Shown here: positions 33,576-42,273 of the stretch, piece after piece
Layout of the letters: each line of letters begins with the position of its first letter
Numbering within the stretch: position 1 is the stretch's first letter
IMG/VR virus record: IMGVR_UViG_3300045988_180675
Span: 32,001 to 96,000 of that record
Origin: a virus
Length of the DNA: 64,000 bases
Strand: one strand, 5' to 3'
Program-made: the position numbers and the translations under genes
The notes under the pieces: generated by a model
What the model was told of the DNA's origin: nothing
Seen by the model: only the letters and a program-made list of their open reading frames with translations
Databases searched by the model: none

Positions 33576-34885
33576 GTTTTTAGGTGATTTTTGGAAAACG
33601 TGCCCTGCTCGCTGCTCTCTGGCTCTATGCAATGTTTATTTTCGCCCACTTCCGCCTCCCCTTTGGGGTTCGTTCGCAGCTCGCTTTTTCTTTTTTATAC
33701 TTCTTATTTTCCTATCCATCTTCTTGTTATTATCTTATACAGGAAAATCTACGTGATCACCGTGATGAAAGTGGTGCAAAATGGGATTTTAAACGGAAAA
33801 AGAGAGAAATATCAAGAAAACTAAAGAGAAAGTCCTTATATTCTCCTTTATTTAAAGGGAAAAAAGAAAGAAAGTATCGAAAAAGTAAACTTCTTACTAG
33901 ATTTCGGTATATTTTCTTAACAAATTCCCTTATTTTCAGCTTCTTCTTACTAATTTCCTACTGAATTCCGATTCTTAAAAAAGGAAAAAAGAAAGAAAAA
34001 ATGTCGTTTCTGAATACAAAAATATCGAATTATGTCAAATTCATCCCTATTTTAAGGAAGAAATGCCTATTCTTGTCCGTTCTCTCTTTATTTTCAGGAA
34101 GCCGTTGTGTTTTCCCATGTCTTTTCTGTATCTTTTTCTTATGTTTGAAAAGAAATTAACAGGAAAAGGGTAGAGAAGTTACCCAAGAATGCTTAAATTT
34201 ATCACTTAATTCTATGATCGTAATGAGAAAAGGCGAGATAAGATGCGAAAAAAGTGCAGAAATCGCCTATTTTACCCCTTCGACCTAGGTTTAAAAGGAA
34301 AAGTGGGGCTAGAGCATATTGTTACTAAGTAGAAAGCCTTTGTGTTTTCCTGTGTTTTTTCTTTTTATTTTCCCTTGTTTAAAAAGAAGAAGAAAGGAAA
34401 AAGGAAATTCATAGGCAAAAGTGCTGGAATGCACTTTCGCTCAAACTTATATTCTCAAAACTTATGAAGAAAACTAGGAAATAAAGAAGGAAGATACAGG
34501 AGTGACCTAGGTATCAATGATATTTAAGTTATGATGAAGCATTGGAAGAAGAAAAAGAAGGTACTGGAGAAATTAAAGTAGAGATTATGGTTATGTCGTA
34601 GATGGGGTTTATGATTTCCTTTTATTTTCTTTTGTTTGGGGTTTGATTATTCATTGATACTTCGGCATACAGGGAAGCCACTAGATTTTCTTGAAGTGAT
34701 CTCGAATTATTTCTTTCGTTTGAAAAGAATAAGATACGGAAGAGAAAAAGATATTATTTCGTATCATAGGTTTCTTTTGCTTTTGCCTGCACTACACGGT
34801 GTTGGACGCCTGTGAGTTAAGTGTTAATACTTGCTTATTAAGATGAAAATAGTGCAAAAAATAAACAGTATTTTATGTAAATTCT

Positions 34886-34919
34886 GCGACAATACATATA
34901 CTCAATATGTAAATGTCAC
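34886..34919. repeat. Imperfect hairpin homologous to the candidate oriT hairpin, located downstream of mob
   Basis: GCGACA-AT-ACATAT-ACTCA-ATATGT-AA-TGTCAC. Compare GTGACA-AT-ACATAT...ATGTCAC at 35910-35943. Confidence 0.5.
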
Positions 34920-35022
34920 ACATAGTTTTCTTTGCAGTTACTATTTTATATTCTTTTAAGAATATGTTTTGGAGTATTTTTATATTCTCTATGGAAAGCA
35001 TTTTTATATTCTAGTTAGCAAA

Positions 35023-35053
35023 TAAAAAAGGAAGATATTTGATATTATCTTCC
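35023..35053 (-). terminator. Rho-independent terminator overlapping the mob stop codon
   Basis: GGAAGATA (35030-35037) / TATCTTCC (35046-35053), followed by TTTTTT on the minus strand. Confidence 0.6.
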
Positions 35054-35863
35054 TGTGAATTCTGATAAAGCTTGTCTATTTTTGCTTTCTTTATCACTAT
35101 GTTCTTGTCTAAGTTTTTTAGCTCTTTCACGTTCTTCTTGGATAGCTTTATTGATGAAATCCATCTTGCTTAGATGCTCTCGTTTCATTGGAACACGGTC
35201 AATCATCAAGCCTAAACTCTGACATATCTCACAGAATTTTTCTCTGATCATAGCTGTGTAGGTGATCAGTCTGTTGTTGAATCTTGACTCTGGTTCATCC
35301 GCAAATGGAAGTGGAATACCAGCTTGTTCAAGTGCTTTTTCCTTTCCGATCTCAAGTCTAGTAGTGCCATCAGGATTACGCTCCTTATAAACAAAAATTT
35401 TACGTTCGTGAATATGTGGAGTTGACTCATCAAGATGTAAAGCTGAATCGAGAACGATAACACGACCTTTTGTGATTTGCTTTTCATACTCTGCCAACTG
35501 CTTATAGGCTTCAGATAATTTATCTGCATCTGGAAAGTCATATAAGTTTCCGATCTGGATAATACTTTCCGTAGGTCTGTATCTTGATGACTTACGGAAT
35601 TGATCCATCGTCATAAGCCTATCCTTTTTTCTGATTTTTCTGACTTTTTCATTTCTAAATTCTAAAGCATCTGCAAAGTGTTCTTCATAAAATCGTTTCT
35701 CAGCAGCCTCAAAGTCGTCTGCCATTTCTGGATAAAAGCACTCATACACATTATCAGAAACTCTTTCTTGGATGACATGAGGAGATTCATTTAAATCATA
35801 ATTTCGACAATTATGGTTTGGATTTCCCTCCCATTTTTGCCCATTGTGAATTGATACTTTCAT
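35045..35863 (-). CDS. mob: MobV-family relaxase (Pre/Mob plasmid recombination enzyme)
   Basis: Start at MKVSIHNGQKW (ATG 35863, RBS AAGAGG). N-terminal NHNCRNYDL (HxxR-type motif I). SALHLDESTPHIHERKIF is the HxDE...PHxH motif, nearly identical to the MobM-type HLDESTPHMH as I recall it. Confidence 0.8.
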   Translation of the reverse strand: MKVSIHNGQKWEGNPNHNCRNYDLNESPHVIQERVSDNVYECFYPEMADDFEAAEKRFYEEHFADALEFRNEKVRKIRKKDRLMTMDQFRKSSRYRPTESIIQIGNLYDFPDADKLSEAYKQLAEYEKQITKGRVIVLDSALHLDESTPHIHERKIFVYKERNPDGTTRLEIGKEKALEQAGIPLPFADEPESRFNNRLITYTAMIREKFCEICQSLGLMIDRVPMKREHLSKMDFINKAIQEERERAKKLRQEHSDKESKNRQALSEFTGR

Positions 35864-35891
35864 TTTAAATAACCTCTTTTCTCTAGTAAGG

Positions 35892-35943
35892 AGTATACCA
35901 CATAAAAAAAGTTGTGACAATACATATATATAATGTCACAACT
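35892..35943 (-). promoter_or_regulatory. mob promoter overlapping a perfect 10-bp-stem hairpin (candidate oriT / RSA site)
   Basis: Minus strand: TTGTCA (35915-35920), 17 nt, TATACT (35892-35897). Inverted repeat AGTTGTGACA (35910-35919) / TGTCACAACT (35934-35943) with a 14-nt AT loop. Confidence 0.45.
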
Positions 35944-35953
35944 AAAATTGTAT

Positions 35954-36715
35954 TTACACTGCAAAAGACAAGTCCTTTGGAAGATCAGCATAAAACTCTT
36001 CTCCTGTTTCAAGACAAAGACAGCCAAGTGGTAACTGCCTTGCACATCCACAATCAAGATTGATTAGATGTCCTTTTGCTGCCTTTGAAATCTTTGGTAG
36101 TCCTCCAGATCTAGTTTGACCATAAGAACATTTGAATACTGGGGTATGACCGATCAGAAGCGTAGTATCTTTGTACAGGGTATATAAAGAATGAAACTTG
36201 TTATACAAAAGAGTAGGGTTCATACTGTTGGCATATTCTCTACTCCACAACACACGTTCACGATCATGCGTGTTGGCATCTTTATACAATAAGATATCGT
36301 TATAGTAATAATCTAAATGGGTTGCATGAGCGATGTAGTATTGCTTATCGTTGATACTTAAATTAGGAATAACGATTGGGCATTGAGTAAGGTCGTAGAG
36401 GATTGAATACTGTTCTGTAAATAGAAGCTCTTCAAACTGTTTTAAAGTTTTTTCGTTTCCATTTGAACTCCATATATACATCGCATCGTCATCTTTTTCA
36501 AGCAAAGCCTGAAGCATAAGATGCTCATGATTTCCAATCAATAAAACGATATTCGGCTTAGATAATATGTGTTGTAACAACTTAATTGATTGATCGCCTC
36601 TATCTATTACATCTCCATTGACATATAAAATATCTTCATCAGAGAAATTTATCTTTTTTAATATATCCAGAAAATAGTCGTATTGACCATGAATATCACT
36701 CATTACATAATGCAT
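35954..36715 (-). CDS. Calcineurin-like metallophosphoesterase (PPP-type Ser/Thr phosphatase or ApaH-like)
   Basis: MSDIHGQYDYF, GDVIDRGDQS and LIGNHEHLM motifs (DxH, GDxxDRG, GNHE). Confidence 0.85.
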   Translation of the reverse strand: MHYVMSDIHGQYDYFLDILKKINFSDEDILYVNGDVIDRGDQSIKLLQHILSKPNIVLLIGNHEHLMLQALLEKDDDAMYIWSSNGNEKTLKQFEELLFTEQYSILYDLTQCPIVIPNLSINDKQYYIAHATHLDYYYNDILLYKDANTHDRERVLWSREYANSMNPTLLYNKFHSLYTLYKDTTLLIGHTPVFKCSYGQTRSGGLPKISKAAKGHLINLDCGCARQLPLGCLCLETGEEFYADLPKDLSFAV

Positions 36716-36821
36716 TTTTACCGCCTTTCTACATGCCTATATTATATCATAACAGTATGATATTTTAAAGATTATGATGCTTTTATTATGCGATTTTAAA
36801 AAGAAAAATCTAACCTTTTGG

Positions 36822-38627
36822 CTAGATTTCTTTTTTGTATATCTGGATATAATCCATATCTTTTTTCTCTTCGTTATATCCTTTAACTTGTACGATTTCC
36901 TGAACTGTAAAATCTTGTAGATATACGATTGTGTCAAATGACTTAGTAGAACGTTTCGCTTGTTCATAGGTTACATTTTGCATTCCTCTTAATGTTAGAT
37001 CAACAAGCTTATCACTTGCATCTCTTGCCGATTGAGAGTGGATCGATAAAGCCGTTCTACATCCAGAGTTTGATAATGTAATAGCAGATACCACTTCAGG
37101 ACCTTTTACTTCACCAATAATAAATACATTGGCACCAGCAACTAAAGCCATCTGTCCTAACTGCTCTAGCGTACATGGTTGTTGTCCGTTTTGTGGATTT
37201 AATACAACATGTTCAAACATGATTCCTTTTCGATAAGCAAATAATTCATCGTTTTCTTGGATACATAAGATTTCTGCCGAAGATTCATAGGCTTCTTCTA
37301 AAAACCAATTAAGCAAAGTTGTTTTACCAGATCCAGGAGGACCAGCAAATACGACTCCCTTACTATACTTCCCACAATCAAGTAGGTAGTTGCGAATCTT
37401 TTCATCCATCATTCCAGCTTTGATTAAATCGTCAGCCATTAACTTCTTTCTAGGTAACTTTCGAATATGAATAATAGGATATCCAGAGCATGTAATATAT
37501 GGTGCTGTGATAGAAAATCTTAACAGGTATTGTTCATCCTGCTCATCTGTAAATGTCTGGGTTGGAACACCTAAGTCGATTCCGTTTACAGTCGCTACAC
37601 CATTAATAAATCTTATATAGTCAGCCTGATCGATAAAGGTGATATTTGAAAGATACGCCTTTCCTTTGATTCTGACTCTTATTGAATAAGGATCCGTAAT
37701 TTTAATATCACTAATATCTGGATCGTCAATAAGGTCCTGTACGATATATAATTCAAATAATGCTCTATGTAGCTTTTCAATTAGTGCTGGGACATCTTCT
37801 CTTTGAAGTCTTAAAGTATCTACAAATGTTCTTTGGATGTATGCCTTTAACATCTCCATAAAAGATTCTTCATCTTTTTGACCTCTTAATACACTATAAT
37901 AAGAATTCTTTTCTGCTTCTGTAATATAGCCCATTGCCTCTTGGAAGATTGAGACAAAATGCTCGTAATCGCAAATTGTTTTTATTTGCATATCTTTAGC
38001 TTTTAGGTTATAAACAAGTTCTTCTCGACTATCGATTTCTTCAAGCCGTCTTGGAATATAAGTATCCAGCTGATTTAAAAATGGCTTTTGTGTAGACGAT
38101 GTTTTTAATTTTTCATCTTGTTCCTCTACCATTTGTAGATGTAGTTCTCTTTCTTCTTCTGTATAATTTCTCTTTATATCATTAGGAATGATCAGCTTGC
38201 TTTTTTCTTCAGTAGTATTATCTTGCTTTACCCCTATAAAATCATACAATTCACCAAATTTAATTTTTTGCCCATAAAAACGAATTAACACATAAGCCTC
38301 AAGATAATCTCCAACTAGTTTTACAGAGATCGATAAAGGATCAAAAAGTGTTTCTTTCTTTTTAATGTTTAAAAATTCGTTTATCTTTTTTTGCAGTTCT
38401 GTGATACCAATAAGGAGACTATGCTTTGATACAAACATGTAAACTGGATTAGCCCAAACGCCACCTTTGTCTGGAATGATGGTATTTGCTATTTTTTCAA
38501 AAGATTCGCCTTTTGAATAAATGATAAATTCATCTCTGTCTTGTAATTGGTATTTCTCTTCTAATTTTGCTAATTGAGAATTGTTTTTTGCGATTCCAAC
38601 AATTACATTTCCTTTATCTCTTGTCAT
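36822..38627 (-). CDS. CpaF/TadA/VirB11-like secretion ATPase with a long N-terminal extension
   Basis: Walker A FAGPPGSGKTTLLN. IIGEVKGPEV (compare GEVRGxEA). SGCRTALSIHSQSARDA (compare TGHxGxxSTxHAxS). 601 aa. Confidence 0.85.
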   Translation of the reverse strand: MTRDKGNVIVGIAKNNSQLAKLEEKYQLQDRDEFIIYSKGESFEKIANTIIPDKGGVWANPVYMFVSKHSLLIGITELQKKINEFLNIKKKETLFDPLSISVKLVGDYLEAYVLIRFYGQKIKFGELYDFIGVKQDNTTEEKSKLIIPNDIKRNYTEEERELHLQMVEEQDEKLKTSSTQKPFLNQLDTYIPRRLEEIDSREELVYNLKAKDMQIKTICDYEHFVSIFQEAMGYITEAEKNSYYSVLRGQKDEESFMEMLKAYIQRTFVDTLRLQREDVPALIEKLHRALFELYIVQDLIDDPDISDIKITDPYSIRVRIKGKAYLSNITFIDQADYIRFINGVATVNGIDLGVPTQTFTDEQDEQYLLRFSITAPYITCSGYPIIHIRKLPRKKLMADDLIKAGMMDEKIRNYLLDCGKYSKGVVFAGPPGSGKTTLLNWFLEEAYESSAEILCIQENDELFAYRKGIMFEHVVLNPQNGQQPCTLEQLGQMALVAGANVFIIGEVKGPEVVSAITLSNSGCRTALSIHSQSARDASDKLVDLTLRGMQNVTYEQAKRSTKSFDTIVYLQDFTVQEIVQVKGYNEEKKDMDYIQIYKKEI

Positions 38628-39775
38628 TTTTGTTTCTCCACATTGTAGCTATAGGTTCTCCCAGAAAGCCCTATTACTTGTAACTTATATTCACCTTTAA
38701 CTAGTTTTATAGTTGTTTCTAATTTACCAACTTCTTCCTGTGATAAGAATGTAGCTCCATCATCTCCAATGATACGAGCCTTTGGATCTGCCACTTTGTA
38801 ATTTCCTTTTTTTATTTCCTTTGTTTCATAGCTGACACTTACTTTATAATCGCCATCTTCATTGATTACGATTTTTTCTTCTTGAATGTCATCACTTTCT
38901 AGTGATTTCTTCTTTTCGTTTTCTGAGTTATCCGATGATTCATAAGTAGGAGTGTTAGGGACATTTACATCTGTTGATTCATCCCATTCCTTACCTGAAG
39001 TTGAATATTTAATAAAACCATAACCCTCAATCAAGTAATAACCACTATTGAGCCATGTAGGCAATGTGATCGAGATTGTTTTGTTTTGCATATATTCAAA
39101 GTTTTTAATTTCGTATGTTTCAGTTGACATTAAAGCTTTTACATCTGCTTTGATTTTATAGTTCTTTAAAATTGTACCAACGTAAACATCGGTCGAATAA
39201 GTTTTGCCTTTTTCTAGTCCGATAATAGTTCCTGCCTCAGATATATTTCCAGAACGTAACTTTGCGTTTCCGATCGACTCAATTACAGCTTGGCTATCCC
39301 CTGCTGAGGTTAGTTGGTTGGCATCGGAACTAGGATTCACATTTAATTCTTTTACATCTGTATCAAAAGTGTATCTACCCGCTGTATTAGCTTTTAACCC
39401 ACAAACGCCTATTGTATATCCAAGATCATAAAATCTTTCAACAGTAACATCGCCTTCAAAGATGCCTTCATTCTGTCTGTATACGATCTTATCTCCTGGA
39501 TACATCGTTGGGATCTTTGTATCCGTACTTTCATTAAGCCACGCCACACGACTTGAATCGCCATTTTTAACAACGCTATTTCTTGTGAAGGTCGCATCTC
39601 CCAAAAATGCTTCATAATAAGTGTTATCTCTTTCAATATAGAAAGATCCGTTTTTTAATTTATTTACATTCGTTTCTATCGTTGCCTCATTACTATTGTC
39701 TTGAGAATCTTCAGATGAACATCCTGTTAATAATGAAAGTGTTAATCCTATTAATAAAACTTTTTTCAAAATCAT
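38624..39775 (-). CDS. Lipoprotein, translationally coupled to the ATPase
   Basis: MILKKVLLIGLTLSLLTGCSSED lipobox. Beta-rich, with an Ig-like C-terminal part. Its stop overlaps the ATPase start. Confidence 0.75.
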   Translation of the reverse strand: MILKKVLLIGLTLSLLTGCSSEDSQDNSNEATIETNVNKLKNGSFYIERDNTYYEAFLGDATFTRNSVVKNGDSSRVAWLNESTDTKIPTMYPGDKIVYRQNEGIFEGDVTVERFYDLGYTIGVCGLKANTAGRYTFDTDVKELNVNPSSDANQLTSAGDSQAVIESIGNAKLRSGNISEAGTIIGLEKGKTYSTDVYVGTILKNYKIKADVKALMSTETYEIKNFEYMQNKTISITLPTWLNSGYYLIEGYGFIKYSTSGKEWDESTDVNVPNTPTYESSDNSENEKKKSLESDDIQEEKIVINEDGDYKVSVSYETKEIKKGNYKVADPKARIIGDDGATFLSQEEVGKLETTIKLVKGEYKLQVIGLSGRTYSYNVEKQK

Positions 39776-39936
39776 ATAGAAAGTCTCCTTTTTATCATTT
39801 ATATTATGCTATTTTTTTTACTGTTATATCGTAATTTTTATGCAGTTTTACCAATAGAGTATAAAAATGGAAATAGTTCTCGAAAATCATACTGTTATAT
39901 GATATAATATAAATGAAATAAATAGAAAGGACTATT

Positions 39937-40389
39937 ATGGACAAGAAATATAAAGCAATCCCCTATAAGGTTACAACCCATCATGATGCCATTGAAGATA
40001 AGAATGAACCATGGAATAGTGAACCAGCCTATGATACTTCTGAAATACGTTATTGTATCGTGTCGAATGAAACAGGAGAAGTTTTAGACGATGCACAAGG
40101 ATATGGATACAGAACAGCACAAAAGGCTTATGCAGGTTATGCGTATAAGACAAGGGATAAGAGTAAAGATCGGGAAAGAGAAAATAAGAAAAAACATATC
40201 CAAAAATGGATGAAAGAACACAAGGGATTTGTCAGAGCCATGGACGAAACAGCTTTTGAAATTTTAAAAGGCACTTGGGGACCCGATGACGAATTTGATG
40301 CTAAACAAGTCAAGGATATGCTTAAAGAATGGGGGTTAAATCCAGACTTTACAGCAGGCGAATTATTAAGGGTGTGGAGAAATTGGTAA
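39937..40389 (+). CDS. Hypothetical protein
   Basis: 150-aa ORF. Promoter with ATACTGTTAT plus TATAAT (39903-39908). RBS AGAAAGGA. Confidence 0.65.
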   Translation: MDKKYKAIPYKVTTHHDAIEDKNEPWNSEPAYDTSEIRYCIVSNETGEVLDDAQGYGYRTAQKAYAGYAYKTRDKSKDRERENKKKHIQKWMKEHKGFVRAMDETAFEILKGTWGPDDEFDAKQVKDMLKEWGLNPDFTAGELLRVWRNW

Positions 40390-40421
40390 ACAAAAAAAAG
40401 AGAGCAATCGCCCTCTTTTTT

Positions 40422-42167
40422 TTATTTCGACATATTTGCTAATCCTTTCGTGAAACTTGTTTGATTTAGATCTTCGATTTCAAAATCTAGGAATTGGATC
40501 TGTTGTGTAACTAATAAAGTTCCATCATTCTTCTTAAAGAAGTTGTTTGAAATGTTACCATACAATGTTAATGTTGCTGGTCCATTGATGGAAGATGCTA
40601 ACTTAGCTAGTCCAAAACCAACGGCTGTAGAAGTGGATGACACAAATTTAATACCGCCACCTCCAATTTCCTTCTTGTAAGATCCATAATTTTGAACGAT
40701 TTGAAATCCAGTGACCTTAAAGATAAGATCTGGATTACCATTTCCTAATGGCTGGAATTTTTCATTCTCTGTAATAGCTGCTAGTAGATCCTCGTTCTTT
40801 ATTTCAACATCATACTCTAAGGTATCAGTTGCTTTAGGATCGAATGGTGTTACATTTTGTTGCATATTCTTCACCATTGCTTCAAATCCATCTTTTGTAA
40901 CGGATGCACCAGCTGCTCCAGCATGTCCACCATGTCCTAAGAAAGAATCAGCACATCTATCAAGATGCTCCTTTATATCGTATCCTTCTGGGGCACGGAA
41001 TGAGCCTTTGAGAACTCCATCTTGACCATTTGTAAATACCGCACATGGCAAGTTGTATCTCTCTAATATCTTTGCCGCTAAAATTCCAATAATACCTGGT
41101 TTGATGTCTGGCACATAAACAATGACTGGGTTTTTGATTTCATTAGCTTTTTCTAAAACTTCAAGTTGAGGTAAGATACCCTGTTCATAAGCATTAGCTG
41201 TTGCCAATTTTCTTTCATCATTACACTGCTTTAAAATCTTCATAAGTTCTAAACATTCAGAGTAATCGGAAGATGTTAATAGTTCTACAGCGTATTTTGC
41301 ATAACCATCATACATACGCTCTAAAGCATTGATTGCTGGTCCACAAGTGAATCCTGCCGTAACTCCAGTCCAATGAGAGATTCCAAACTCATAAGCCATT
41401 GCCTTTAATCCTGGCAGAGCATTTGTAATATCATTGTTTAGAACCTTTAAACCCTGATAGGCTATAACATAATTTTCTTCTGTTAATACCATTTGATCGC
41501 AAAATGTAGCAAGCATTGCAATTGGCTTTAATAGCTCAAGCAATGGATTGCTGCTGCCCAATAATGAACGAGCAATCTTGTAGGCATTTCCTGCCCCACA
41601 GTATCCTGTAAAATCAGCTGAATTTGGAATTGCTTCTGCATCCAATATAAAATCAGCATTTGGTAATATAGTATTACCATTTTCTATTACAGGTTGATGG
41701 TGATCAGTAACAATTACCGTGTATCCAAAACTTTTTGCATAGGCAATAGGTTCTAGTGCAGCAATACCATTATCAACTGTTAAAATAAGAATCTCTTTTG
41801 GATCCAGATTGTTATCAGACGCATACTGGTTTACTTCATCGACCATTGTTTTGTTTAAACCAAATCCTTCGCACCTACGTGGGATCCGATAGTGAACATT
41901 GGTAAAACCAGTCCATCTCATTGCCCATATAAGAATTGAAATCGCACTTGTTCCATCTACATCATAGTCACCGAAAATAAAAATTGTTTTATTTTTATAT
42001 TCGTTGATCTTTGCAGTAATTTTTGGTAAGTCCTTCATGCTGTATTGATCAGTGATAGAACGCTTAAACCAATTGTTGATTTCTTGTACTGAATTTAGCC
42101 CAAGGTTTTTTAAATGGGCTTCGGCGATGGAATTTACTCCATCTCTTTTCTTAAATTTGTATTTCAT
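40422..42167 (-). CDS. recJ: RecJ-like single-strand DNA exonuclease (DHH/DHHA1)
   Basis: IFGDYDVDGTSA (DHH motifs I-II), VTDHHQP (DHH motif III), GHGGHAGAAGA (DHHA1 GGGH motif). 581 aa. Confidence 0.85.
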   Translation of the reverse strand: MKYKFKKRDGVNSIAEAHLKNLGLNSVQEINNWFKRSITDQYSMKDLPKITAKINEYKNKTIFIFGDYDVDGTSAISILIWAMRWTGFTNVHYRIPRRCEGFGLNKTMVDEVNQYASDNNLDPKEILILTVDNGIAALEPIAYAKSFGYTVIVTDHHQPVIENGNTILPNADFILDAEAIPNSADFTGYCGAGNAYKIARSLLGSSNPLLELLKPIAMLATFCDQMVLTEENYVIAYQGLKVLNNDITNALPGLKAMAYEFGISHWTGVTAGFTCGPAINALERMYDGYAKYAVELLTSSDYSECLELMKILKQCNDERKLATANAYEQGILPQLEVLEKANEIKNPVIVYVPDIKPGIIGILAAKILERYNLPCAVFTNGQDGVLKGSFRAPEGYDIKEHLDRCADSFLGHGGHAGAAGASVTKDGFEAMVKNMQQNVTPFDPKATDTLEYDVEIKNEDLLAAITENEKFQPLGNGNPDLIFKVTGFQIVQNYGSYKKEIGGGGIKFVSSTSTAVGFGLAKLASSINGPATLTLYGNISNNFFKKNDGTLLVTQQIQFLDFEIEDLNQTSFTKGLANMSK

Positions 42168-42273
42168 TTTCTTCCTCTTTTCTATTTTTATCCATGATCA
42201 TCAAATGTGTCAATATTATTATGTTATACCAAATAAAAAGAAAAAAAGCCGTGAATAATCACGACTCTTTTTT

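Noticed and set aside
32794-33964. ORF-track entries 32794-33198 (134 aa), 33574-33756, 33584-33964 and 33591-33824 inside the repeat region
   Set aside because: Their sequences are Y/L/I/F-rich or K/R/S-rich low-complexity strings that simply translate the direct and inverted repeats and the CT/AG blocks. They have no RBS, they overlap each other, and one starts with a non-ATG codon.
35266-36057. ORFs 35266-35541 (-) and 35860-36057 (-)
   Set aside because: The first is an alternative frame inside mob. The second spans the mob promoter/oriT hairpin and the 3' end of the phosphatase gene.
36737-36967. 76-aa ORF overlapping the 3' end of the ATPase gene and the phosphatase promoter
   Set aside because: It is K/I-rich junk translation of an AT-rich intergenic region and overlaps a much stronger ORF.
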